64,000 bases of DNA from an uncultured Gammaproteobacteria bacterium (GTDB lineage: Bacteria > Pseudomonadota > Gammaproteobacteria > Arenicellales > JAANXG01), in contig CAMYNL010000002.1 in assembly GCA_947259705.1 (NCBI GenBank), positions 9,868-73,867 of the forward strand, read 5' to 3'. Positions 44,867-53,255 of this stretch are shown here, one piece after another (within the stretch, counting starts at the first letter, position 1; the number at the start of each line of letters is the position of its first letter). Both the position numbers and the translations under genes were made by a program. The notes under the pieces were generated by a model. It did not search any database. It was not told the origin of the DNA and saw nothing but the letters and a program-made list of their open reading frames with translations.

Positions 44867-46912
44867 ATGAAAAGTACAACGAGGATGGACCACATCAGCA
44901 GGATCTCACGGGTCGCCAGGCTCGGCACGGCAGGCGACGAAGCCGCCCTCGAAGAGCAGGGTCTCGACGACCAGATCGTCTCCTCCTGGCATCGTTGTCT
45001 GTCCACCTATGGCATCGATCCGGTTTCCAGTCAGTCGGTAGTGGTGCTCGACTCGCCCGAGTTGAAAGAACACCAGGAACGGCTGGATCACATGCTCAAG
45101 ATCGCCGACGCCGAGATGCAGCTCGTCTACGAGGCGGCCGCCGGATCCGGCTACGCGATCATTCTCACCGATGCCCAGGGCGTCATCCTGCATCATGTCT
45201 CGGACCCGCGCCTGGAGCGGGAATTCCGCGACGCGGGCCTGTGGGTGGGGGCCAGCTGGGACGAGGAAGCGCAGGGCACCAACGGCATCGGCACCTGCAT
45301 CATCGAAGGGAAACCCATCACCGTGCACCGGGACGAGCACTTCCGCAGCCAGAACATCGACCTCACCTGCTCCGCGGCGCCGATCCGCGATCCGCGCGGT
45401 GAGCTTATCGCCGTGCTGGACTCGTCGGCGTGCACCAACGAGGATTCGCGCAATTCACAGACCCATGTGCGCGCGCTGGTCAGCACCTCCGCGCGGCTGA
45501 TCGAAAATCGTAATTTCCTTTTCGAATTCCGCAACAAGAAGGTGCTGCGTTTCCACAGCCGTCCCGAGTACGTCGGACTGCCGAACGAGGCGATGCTGGC
45601 GCTGGACGGGGACTGCCAGATCCTGGCGGCCAACGGCGTGGCGGTGGATTTTCTCAACGCCCATTCTCGCCGCGACCTGATAGGCAGGTCCTTGTCGGAG
45701 GTCCTCGACGCCAAGTCCACCCGCCTGATCGACGAGATGCGGTCAAAGATGGGGACGCTGCTTCCGATCCGGGGCCGCGCCACCGGGCGGCGCTTCTTCG
45801 CCATGCTGCATGCGCCCACGGCTCCCACCCCGGTTGCCCGGGTCGAGACGCCGGCGCCAACACGGCGTGACAAGTCACGTCTAGACCTGCGCGCGGTTGC
45901 CGGCCGGGACCCGCACATGAACTACAACGTGCGTTGCGCCGAGCGGATCATGAACAAGAACGTGCCCATCATCATCGAGGGCGAAACGGGTACCGGCAAG
46001 GAAGTGTTCGCGCTGGCCATCCACCTGGCAAGCGATCGGCGTGACCAGCCTTTCGTAGCGCTGAACTGCTCCGCGATTCCGGAGTCGCTGATCGAAAGCG
46101 AGTTGTTCGGCTACAAGCACGGCGCATTCACCGGCGCGCGGCGGGAGGGCATGAAAGGCAAGATACTGCAATCCAGCGGCGGCACCCTGTTCCTGGACGA
46201 GATCGGCGACATGCCGCTGCCGTTGCAGACCCGCCTGCTGAGATGCCTGGAGGAAGGCGAGGTCGTCCCGCTGGGCGGCGACAAATCCATATCGGTCGAC
46301 CTCAACGTCATCAGCGCCACCCACCGCGACCTGGAGTCATTGGTGGAGAGGGAGACTTTTCGCGAGGACCTCTATTACCGCCTCAACGGCATCAGCCTGA
46401 CGCTGGCGCCACTGCGTGAACGCGAGGACCGGGAGCAGTTGATCGAGTCTATCGTCGCCCTGGAAAACGAGAGCGACCAGGCGGTCAGGATCGACGACGA
46501 GGCCATGGACAAGCTGGTGCGCTTTGACTGGCCGGGCAATATTCGTCAGCTCCGCAATGTGATCCGCACCGCCTTGGCGATGGCCGACAACCATGTACTC
46601 AGGCTTGCCGACCTTCCCGGAGCGGTGGTCAATGCCCGGGAGCGCGCTAGCCCCGCGGGCGCGGCAAGGAGCCGTTTCGTCACCCAGTCGGCCGGCGCCT
46701 CGGTGCCGGAGACGGTGGGTCCCCGCGCGGCGGGTACCGCGGCCGAGGCGGAACTGAACCCCCTGGAGGTGGCGGAGAAGGAGGCCATCCTGATGGCGCT
46801 CGCCGCCAACTGCTGGAACATCACCAATACCGCCGCCGCGCTGGATATGAGCCGCAACACCCTGTACCGGAAACTGAAAAGGCACGGTCTTCCCACCACA
46901 CGTCCGGCCTGA
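44867..46912 (+). CDS. sigma-54-dependent transcriptional activator, AcoR-like (GAF sensor + AAA+ + Fis-type HTH)
   Basis: The N-terminal region IVSSWHRCLSTYGIDP is AcoR-like. It has the AAA+ Walker A motif GETGTGKE, the GAFTGA loop (HGAFTGA), and the C-terminal HTH NITNTAAALDMSRNTLYRKLKRHG. The start could instead be 44885. Confidence 0.85.
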   Translation: MKSTTRMDHISRISRVARLGTAGDEAALEEQGLDDQIVSSWHRCLSTYGIDPVSSQSVVVLDSPELKEHQERLDHMLKIADAEMQLVYEAAAGSGYAIILTDAQGVILHHVSDPRLEREFRDAGLWVGASWDEEAQGTNGIGTCIIEGKPITVHRDEHFRSQNIDLTCSAAPIRDPRGELIAVLDSSACTNEDSRNSQTHVRALVSTSARLIENRNFLFEFRNKKVLRFHSRPEYVGLPNEAMLALDGDCQILAANGVAVDFLNAHSRRDLIGRSLSEVLDAKSTRLIDEMRSKMGTLLPIRGRATGRRFFAMLHAPTAPTPVARVETPAPTRRDKSRLDLRAVAGRDPHMNYNVRCAERIMNKNVPIIIEGETGTGKEVFALAIHLASDRRDQPFVALNCSAIPESLIESELFGYKHGAFTGARREGMKGKILQSSGGTLFLDEIGDMPLPLQTRLLRCLEEGEVVPLGGDKSISVDLNVISATHRDLESLVERETFREDLYYRLNGISLTLAPLREREDREQLIESIVALENESDQAVRIDDEAMDKLVRFDWPGNIRQLRNVIRTALAMADNHVLRLADLPGAVVNARERASPAGAARSRFVTQSAGASVPETVGPRAAGTAAEAELNPLEVAEKEAILMALAANCWNITNTAAALDMSRNTLYRKLKRHGLPTTRPA

Positions 46913-46946
46913 CCGGCGGGTGACCGCCGGCCACGGCGCATGGCGT

Positions 46947-46962
46947 TGGTATCCATTTTGCA
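46947..46962 (+). promoter_or_regulatory. candidate sigma-54 promoter upstream of pqqB
   Basis: TGGTATCCATTTTGCA has GG and GC correctly spaced, with two deviations from TGGCAC in the -24 hexamer (TGGTAT). It lies about 40 nt before the pqqB ATG. Confidence 0.45.
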
Positions 46963-47001
46963 TGCAGGGAAGGCGCGACCCTTAGCAGAGAACCCTGATT
47001 G

Positions 47002-47916
47002 ATGCAGATACTGGTGCTCGGTTCCGCCGCCGGCGGAGGATTCCCGCAATGGAACTGCAACTGTGAGATGTGCTCGGGCGTGCGCAGCCAGCGCATTCGG
47101 GCACGCCCGCGCAGCCAGTCGTCGATCGCGGTGAGCAGAAACGGCGTCGACTGGGCGCTGATCAACGCCTCGCCGGACATCCGACAGCAGCTGCTCGCGA
47201 ACCCGGCACTGCAGCCGGCGCGCCAGAAACGCGACACCGGTGTGCGCGCGGTGGTGCTGATGGACAGCCAGATCGACCATACCACCGGGCTGCTGACGCT
47301 GCGCGAGAACCAGGAGCCGCTGCAGCTGTACTGTACCGCCATGGTCCACCAGGACCTCACCACGGGGTTTCCGGTCATCGACATGCTGCAGCATTACTGC
47401 GGCGTGGAGTGGCACGAGATCGACCTCGATGCGGCGAAGTTTTCGGTGCGCGCGGTGGACGGCATCGGCTTTCGCGCCGTGCCCCTGTCCAGCAAGGCGC
47501 CGCCCTATTCGCCGCACCGCAACGACCCGCATCCCGGCGACAATATCGGGCTGCTCATGGAGGACATGGAAACCGGAAAAACGGCATTCTATGCCCCGGG
47601 GCTGGCGGCCGTGAGCGAGGACCTGGTGCCATACATGGCGTCGGCCGACTGCCTGCTGGTGGACGGCACCTGCTGGACCAACGATGAGATGCCGCAACGC
47701 GGCGTGGGCGCCAAGCTCTCCCTGGACATGGGCCACCTGCCGCAGTCCGGCGACGGAGGCATGATCGAGCAGCTGCGGCGGTTCGATCGCCAGCGCAAGA
47801 TACTCATCCATATCAACAATACCAACCCGATCCTCGAAGAGGACTCGACGGCCCGGGCGCGGCTCGACGCCGTCGGCATCGAAGTGGCGTGGGACGGGAT
47901 GACGCTGGAACTGTGA
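47002..47916 (+). CDS. pqqB: PQQ biosynthesis protein B
   Basis: [24 protein letters not shown]... is a typical PqqB N-terminus with MBL-like fold. Confidence 0.95.
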   Translation: MQILVLGSAAGGGFPQWNCNCEMCSGVRSQRIRARPRSQSSIAVSRNGVDWALINASPDIRQQLLANPALQPARQKRDTGVRAVVLMDSQIDHTTGLLTLRENQEPLQLYCTAMVHQDLTTGFPVIDMLQHYCGVEWHEIDLDAAKFSVRAVDGIGFRAVPLSSKAPPYSPHRNDPHPGDNIGLLMEDMETGKTAFYAPGLAAVSEDLVPYMASADCLLVDGTCWTNDEMPQRGVGAKLSLDMGHLPQSGDGGMIEQLRRFDRQRKILIHINNTNPILEEDSTARARLDAVGIEVAWDGMTLEL

Positions 47917-47918
47917 GT

Positions 47919-48665
47919 ATGAACCCCCCTGCCGCCGCCGACCTGCCGCCCTGGTCTCGAGCAGAATTCGCGGACCGGCTGCGTGCCTACGGGGCACGCT
48001 ACCATATCCACCATCCTTATCAACGCATGATGGCCGCGGGCGAGTTGAGCAGGGAACAGATACAGGGATGGGTGGCCAACCGTTACTACTACCAGGTCAG
48101 CATCCCGATCAAGGACGCCAACCTGCTCGCCAACTGTCCGGACCGGGAGACCCGCCGCCTGTGGGTGCAGCGCATACTCGACCATGATGGCTATGGCGGC
48201 GAGTCCGGAGGCATCGAGGCCTGGCTGGCGCTGGGGGAAGCGGCGGGGCTGGACCGCGACACGCTCGAGTCCCAGCGCATGGTGCTGCCGGGGGTGCGTT
48301 TCGCGGTTGACGCCTACATCAATTTCGTCCGCCGCGCCGACTGGCACGAAGGGGCCGCGTCTTCGTTGACCGAACTGTTCGCGCCGGAGATCCACAAGCA
48401 ACGGCTCGACAATTGGCCGCAACACTATCCATGGGTTGACCAGGCCGGGTTTCAGTATTTCCGCAAGCGACTCGCCGAGGCCCGTCGCGACGTCGAACAC
48501 GGCCTGGAACTCACGCTCGACTACTTCAACACACGAACGCTGCAGGAGCGGGCACTGGAACTGCTGCAGTTCAAGCTGGACATACTTTGGACCATGCTGG
48601 ATGCCATGTACATGGCGTACGTGAACCAGATGCCGCCTTATTTCAACTGCGAGGAGATTCGATGA
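47919..48665 (+). CDS. pqqC: pyrroloquinoline-quinone synthase PqqC
   Basis: MNPP...[33 protein letters not shown]... The ATG is 2 nt after the pqqB stop. Confidence 0.95.
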   Translation: MNPPAAADLPPWSRAEFADRLRAYGARYHIHHPYQRMMAAGELSREQIQGWVANRYYYQVSIPIKDANLLANCPDRETRRLWVQRILDHDGYGGESGGIEAWLALGEAAGLDRDTLESQRMVLPGVRFAVDAYINFVRRADWHEGAASSLTELFAPEIHKQRLDNWPQHYPWVDQAGFQYFRKRLAEARRDVEHGLELTLDYFNTRTLQERALELLQFKLDILWTMLDAMYMAYVNQMPPYFNCEEIR

Positions 48666-48955
48666 ACCAAGTATCCGTAGACAGTGTTTACCGGCTGTCT
48701 CCCACCCACCGCCTGCAATGGGAGGCGGCGCAGAATTCAGATGTACTCTTGTATCCGGAAGGGATGGTAACGCTCAACCAGAGCGCCAGCGAGATCCTCA
48801 AGCATTGCGACGGCTCGCGCAGTGTCCAGGAGTTGGTGCAGGAACTGGAACGCAAGTTCTCGGCCCGGGACCTTACCCAGGAGGTCATCAGTTTCCTCGA
48901 AGCCGCCCTGGAGCGCGGCTGGATCAAGCGCGCCGAAAACGCATCCGGTCAGTGA
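48662..48955 (+). CDS. pqqD: PQQ biosynthesis peptide chaperone PqqD
   Basis: 97 aa: [54 protein letters not shown] overlap with pqqC. Confidence 0.9.
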   Translation: MNQVSVDSVYRLSPTHRLQWEAAQNSDVLLYPEGMVTLNQSASEILKHCDGSRSVQELVQELERKFSARDLTQEVISFLEAALERGWIKRAENASGQ

Positions 48956-49701
48956 CGCGGCCCGACCCTCACCACCGGCTGCTGCTGCAATGGTTGCTGT
49001 TCGCCGGTATCCTGGTGTTTGCCATCTGGGTGGCCTGGGACCATGGCCTGCTGGAGAAAGTGTACCGCAGCGACCCGACACGGTTGTCGCTGGTAATTTC
49101 ACTGCTGTTTGTGGCCGCCACGGTTCACTGCGCCGCCCGCGCGCTGTATCTTTCGCGGCAACTCAACCACATTAATGCCATTCGGCACCTCACCGCACAA
49201 CAGCGCTTTGCGCCGCGGTTGCGGGACGGACAACTGGTCATCGGCAACGCCCATGCCGCCGGGTCCCTGCCCGCCGTCTATCTCGCCGCGATCCTTGCCA
49301 AGTACCAGGCCAAAGCGCCGGTGGAACTTCGCGGCCTGGAACATGCGCAGCTAACCGAGGTGCTCGCGGAACAGGCGCGCGGCCCCCACGAGACCGGGTG
49401 GTTCGTCACCGGATTGCTGTTGAAGCTGGGACTGCTGGGCACGGTGATCGGATTCGTACTGATGCTCGGGTCGGTCTCGGGCATCGAGTCCTTCGACGTG
49501 CAGGACGTGCAGGCAGTGCTCAAGAACATGACGGTGGGGATGGCGGTTGCACTGAACACCACGCTCATCGGCTTGCTCGGCAGCATGCTGCTCGGCTTCC
49601 AGTACCTGCTGCTGGACCGCGGCGCCGACAAACTGGTGGCTGACACGGTGCATTATGCCGAGACCAGCCTGCTGCCCGTGCAGCCTACGCAAAACGGGTA
49701 G
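48952..49701 (+). CDS. MotA/TolQ/ExbB-family proton-channel protein (cassette gene 1)
   Basis: About 249 aa from the GTG at 48952, which overlaps the pqqD TGA (GTGA). It has four predicted TM helices. The C-terminal blocks LGLLGTVIGFVLML and GMAVALNTTLIGLLGSMLLGF are typical of ExbB/TolQ. Confidence 0.75.
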   Translation: MTRPDPHHRLLLQWLLFAGILVFAIWVAWDHGLLEKVYRSDPTRLSLVISLLFVAATVHCAARALYLSRQLNHINAIRHLTAQQRFAPRLRDGQLVIGNAHAAGSLPAVYLAAILAKYQAKAPVELRGLEHAQLTEVLAEQARGPHETGWFVTGLLLKLGLLGTVIGFVLMLGSVSGIESFDVQDVQAVLKNMTVGMAVALNTTLIGLLGSMLLGFQYLLLDRGADKLVADTVHYAETSLLPVQPTQNG

Positions 49702-49709
49702 GCCTCGGT

Positions 49710-50318
49710 TTGGCCTTTCGGCGACCACGACGACAGCTTGATCAGGATCCGTTCACCGACCTGCTGTTCAATTCCCTGCTGGCCTTTACCTTTCTGTTCC
49801 TGATCACCATCATGTTTCTGAACCCGCCGGCAAAGACCGGCATCATCGACCCCAAGGCCGAGTTCATCATCACCACCAAATGGGAGGACTTCAGCCCCGA
49901 TGACATCGATACCTGGGTAGAGGACCCGAAAGGCGACATCGTATGGTTCCGCAGCGCGGAAGCGGGGCTGATGCACCTGGATCGTGACGATCGTGGCATC
50001 AGTAACGACATGATGCTGGTCAACAACGAGGAATTGATAAACCCTCTCAACCAGGAGGTGGTGACCATACGCGGCTTCGTGCCGGGAGAGTACGTCGTTA
50101 ACCTGCATTACTATGCCAGCAAGACCGGCAAACCGGCAGCGGTGACGGTTCGTGTCGTCAAGGTGAACCCGAGGCTTCAGGTGGTTTACTACGGGACGGT
50201 CACGCTGGCCAGGGTGGGAGCGGAAACAACGGCCGTGCGCTTCTCGGTGACCCCGGATGGCGCCGTCGAGGGTATCAACACCATACAGAAATCGATAGTG
50301 TTGGTAGACAAGATATGA
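49710..50318 (+). CDS. ExbD/TolR-like single-pass protein with unrelated periplasmic domain (cassette gene 2)
   Basis: TTG start, with no in-frame ATG before the TM helix. RRPRRQLDQDPFTDLLFNSLLAFTFLFLITIMFL resembles the ExbD/TolR N-terminus, including the Asp at the TM entry. The roughly 150-aa C-terminal domain is unrecognised. Confidence 0.6.
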   Translation: MAFRRPRRQLDQDPFTDLLFNSLLAFTFLFLITIMFLNPPAKTGIIDPKAEFIITTKWEDFSPDDIDTWVEDPKGDIVWFRSAEAGLMHLDRDDRGISNDMMLVNNEELINPLNQEVVTIRGFVPGEYVVNLHYYASKTGKPAAVTVRVVKVNPRLQVVYYGTVTLARVGAETTAVRFSVTPDGAVEGINTIQKSIVLVDKI

Positions 50319-50827
50319 ACGAGGCAATCATAGGACTGACCGTAGCCTACGTCGCGTTGGCCGGCTTCGTAATCGGGCTCAGCATCTTTTCACGCTGGCC
50401 ATACTGGGTGAAACTCATCTCGGTGGCCGGCGTGTGCGGCCTTTATTTCCTTACCTACGCCTCGTTCAAGGGCCTGCTCGGCTGGCCGACCCGGGCCGAA
50501 CTGCCGGCGCACTTCATGTTGCTGGCGTCCTATGTCAGCGAACCCGACAAGGCCGGCGGCAGCGCGGGAAGTATCCAGATCTGGGCGGCATCACTGGCAG
50601 GTAACCGGCCGGCCGAGGCGCCGCGCGCCTATCACCTCGACTATGACGCAGAACTGCATGGTCAGCTGGAAGAGGCAGACAAGCGCATGCGACAGGGCAT
50701 CATCCAGCTCGGGCGCAAGCAGGATGCAGCGACTGCGGGCGACTCCGGTGACCCTTCCCGTTTCGCCCGCAACCCTTACCGCATCGTGATCTTCGATCTG
50801 CCAGATCCGGAGCTGCCCGAGAAGTGA
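50315..50827 (+). CDS. hypothetical membrane protein (cassette gene 3)
   Basis: 170 aa. Its ATG overlaps the upstream TGA. It has about three N-terminal TM helices and a charged soluble tail. Confidence 0.6.
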   Translation: MNEAIIGLTVAYVALAGFVIGLSIFSRWPYWVKLISVAGVCGLYFLTYASFKGLLGWPTRAELPAHFMLLASYVSEPDKAGGSAGSIQIWAASLAGNRPAEAPRAYHLDYDAELHGQLEEADKRMRQGIIQLGRKQDAATAGDSGDPSRFARNPYRIVIFDLPDPELPEK

Positions 50828-50909
50828 CCGGTGACCGGGTGCCGCGCGGAAACTGCTGCCGGCCGTCGCCGGAGCCCGCCCTGCCGGGGCGGGATCCCAG
50901 CCCAGACGT

Positions 50910-51653
50910 GTGATCTCGCAGGCCGCTGACGTGCCGCCCCGAGCCATCTCAGGACCCGCTTTCCACCTCGGCTGCGGGCTGGTCTTGGCAGTCACCATGC
51001 TGAGCGGGTGCCAGCAAACGGACCGCGGCTATTTCCCCCTGCACGACGGAGCGCGGTGGGAGTACCGCTTGACGAGTACGTGGAGCGACGGCGAGGAGAC
51101 CACCCGCTACGCGGTGACCAACCTCCGGTCAACCATGCTGGATGGACGACCCGCCACCATACGCCGCGACAGCCGGGGCACCGATTACTACATCACCCAG
51201 GATCGGCAGGGTATCGCCCGGGTGGCGAAGCGCACCGTGGTCGAGTTCGAGCCGCGACCTGAACCGGAACCGCGCTACGTCATCAAGTTTCCCCCTGTTG
51301 TCGGCACGGAGTGGCGGGTGAGCAGCCATCCCTTCCTGCTGAAGCGGCTGCTTCCCTTCAAGGAACGCTTCAATCGTGATTTCAGCGTGGTCATGCAGTA
51401 CAGCATCGTCAGCACCGACGCGGCGGTCAGCGTACCGGCCGGACAGTTTACCGGCTGCCTGCTGCTGCAGGGCGAGGGTACCCTGCGCATCTACGCTGAC
51501 GCGGTGGCAGGGATTTCCGAGGTGCCGGTTACCTCCCGTGAGTGGTACGCACCCGGCGTGGGGCTGGTCAAACTTGAGCGCCGGGAGGAGCTGAACACCA
51601 CCCAGATCATCGGCGGCTCGGCACGGCTTGAACTGCTCCGTCACCGCCGCTGA
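50910..51653 (+). CDS. hypothetical lipoprotein (cassette gene 4)
   Basis: Lipobox AVTMLSGCQQ. GTG start at 50910 or 50931. I recognise no family for the mature part of about 215 aa. Confidence 0.6.
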   Translation: MISQAADVPPRAISGPAFHLGCGLVLAVTMLSGCQQTDRGYFPLHDGARWEYRLTSTWSDGEETTRYAVTNLRSTMLDGRPATIRRDSRGTDYYITQDRQGIARVAKRTVVEFEPRPEPEPRYVIKFPPVVGTEWRVSSHPFLLKRLLPFKERFNRDFSVVMQYSIVSTDAAVSVPAGQFTGCLLLQGEGTLRIYADAVAGISEVPVTSREWYAPGVGLVKLERREELNTTQIIGGSARLELLRHRR

Positions 51654-51744
51654 ACTGGTTCGCCGCATCCAGCATGGTGGCTGTATACAACCATTTCGTG
51701 ATCCGGTGCCGGGCAATCCGCGCGCCCGTCGCCGCCATGAGACC

Positions 51745-51760
51745 TGGCATGGTTCTTGCT
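51745..51760 (+). promoter_or_regulatory. sigma-54 promoter upstream of pqqA
   Basis: TGGCATGGTTCTTGCT has a single mismatch to TGGCAC-N5-TTGC with correct spacing. It lies about 104 nt before the pqqA ATG. Confidence 0.65.
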
Positions 51761-51863
51761 TTCCATACAGAGACTTCAGTGCAAAGTGCGGCCGACCGTT
51801 GGCTTCGGGTAGGCCGTCAAATAATCAAGCAGCAATCTGTCAACTTGAATGGAGTAGCGAGAT

Positions 51864-51938
51864 ATGATTTGGTCAACACCTGAGTTCAAAGATCTGCGGT
51901 TGGGCTTCGAGATCAACCTGTACATCAACAACCGCTAA
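51864..51938 (+). CDS. pqqA: PQQ precursor peptide PqqA (24 aa, absent from the ORF track)
   Basis: [24 protein letters not shown] contains the conserved E-x3-Y (EINLY) and the DLRLG context. SD GGAG lies 9 nt upstream. Confidence 0.9.
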   Translation: MIWSTPEFKDLRLGFEINLYINNR

Positions 51939-51954
51939 GCAGTCCGGCATGCGG

Positions 51955-51976
51955 CGCGGACCGGTTCCGGTCCGCG
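51955..51976 (+). terminator. stem-loop immediately after pqqA (attenuator or stabiliser)
   Basis: cgcggaccgg-tt-ccggtccgcg is a 10-bp perfect inverted repeat, 17 nt after the pqqA stop. There is no U-run. Confidence 0.5.
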
Positions 51977-52053
51977 TCCATTGCTCCCCCAGCCCTCCCG
52001 TGTACCGGGGGTCCCTGTATCAACCGCGCGAGTTCCGCGCCCGGTTCCCGACC

Positions 52054-53205
52054 GTGTCCCAGAACGTCATCGATCCGCAGGCCCTAGGCAAGCCCCTGTG
52101 GCTGCTGGCGGAGTTGACCTACCGCTGCCCGCTACAGTGTCCCTACTGCTCCAATCCGCTTGACCTGGCGCGCTACCGCGACGAGCTTTCCACTGCGGAC
52201 TGGGTGCGGGTGTTTACCGAGGCGAGGGCAATGGGAGCCACCCAGCTCGGCTTCTCCGGCGGCGAACCGCTGGTCCGCAAGGACCTCACGGAACTGGTTG
52301 CCGCGGCCCGCGGCCTCGGTTATTACACCAACCTGATCACCTCAGGCGTAGGCATGAACGAGTCGCGCATCCGCTCGCTGAAGGAAGCCGGCCTGGATCA
52401 CATCCAGATCAGCTTCCAGGCCAGCAGCGAGGAACTCAACAACTATCTGGGCGGCAGCGACAGTTTCCGGCACAAGATGGAAATGGCCCGCCTGGTCAAG
52501 GCCTACGAGTACCCGATGGTGCTGAACGTGGTGCTGCACCGGCAGAACATCGATTACATGCGCGAGATCCTGGACATGGCCGTGATGCTGGAAGCCGACT
52601 ACGTGGAGCTGGCCAACACCCAGTACTACGGCTGGGCCTACGTCAACCGGGACCAGCTGCTGCCCCAGCGTGAACAGATCGAGCAGGGCGAGCGCATTGC
52701 CCACGAGTACCAGGACCGGCTGCGCGGACAGATGAAGATCTACTACGTGGTGCCGGACTATTTCGAGGGCCGCCCGAAAGCGTGCATGAGTGGCTGGGGC
52801 TCCATATTCCTCACCATTGCCCCGGACGGCACGGCCCTGCCCTGCCATGCCGCCGGCCAGCTGCCGGGCCTCGGCTTCCCCAACGTCCGCGAACACACTA
52901 TCGACTGGATCTGGAACGACTCTCCCGACTTCAATCTGTTCCGGGGCGAGGACTGGATGCGCGAACCCTGTCGCTCGTGCCCGGAACGCTCCAGGGACTT
53001 CGGGGGCTGCCGCTGCCAGGCCTACATGCTGACCGGTGACCCCCGCAACACCGATCCGGCGTGCAGTCTCTCGCCCCAGCACGAGAAGATCATCCAGGCC
53101 GTCGACCGCGCCGGTGGTGCGCCGGAAGAAAAGCCGCTGGTATTCCGCAACCTGCGCAACGCCCGGACACTGAGCGGGTCGCCGCCCGCCCCGCCCACCG
53201 ACTGA
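52054..53205 (+). CDS. pqqE: PQQ biosynthesis radical-SAM enzyme PqqE
   Basis: [24 protein letters not shown] carries the CxxxCxxC motif, plus the SPASM-type C-terminal Cys-rich region. The GTG at 52054 is preferred (383 aa). The ORF-track start at 51949 is also possible. Confidence 0.9.
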   Translation: MSQNVIDPQALGKPLWLLAELTYRCPLQCPYCSNPLDLARYRDELSTADWVRVFTEARAMGATQLGFSGGEPLVRKDLTELVAAARGLGYYTNLITSGVGMNESRIRSLKEAGLDHIQISFQASSEELNNYLGGSDSFRHKMEMARLVKAYEYPMVLNVVLHRQNIDYMREILDMAVMLEADYVELANTQYYGWAYVNRDQLLPQREQIEQGERIAHEYQDRLRGQMKIYYVVPDYFEGRPKACMSGWGSIFLTIAPDGTALPCHAAGQLPGLGFPNVREHTIDWIWNDSPDFNLFRGEDWMREPCRSCPERSRDFGGCRCQAYMLTGDPRNTDPACSLSPQHEKIIQAVDRAGGAPEEKPLVFRNLRNARTLSGSPPAPPTD

Positions 53206-53255
53206 TCACGCCGCCCGCTGCCGGCGCGGCCCGTTCGGGCCGTATAATCCGGGAC

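Noticed and set aside
48718-48951. N-terminal 78-codon extension of the MotA/ExbB-like ORF as given in the ORF track
   Set aside because: It lies entirely inside pqqD in another frame and is Arg/Gly/Pro-rich. The hydrophobic MotA/ExbB-like part only begins after the GTG at 48952, which overlaps the pqqD stop.
53243-53248. Perfect TATAAT 8 nt upstream of the histidine kinase ATG (possible leaderless transcript)
   Set aside because: No acceptable -35 lies at the right spacing (ctgccg). The kinase may simply be read through from pqqE. A single hexamer is not sufficient evidence.
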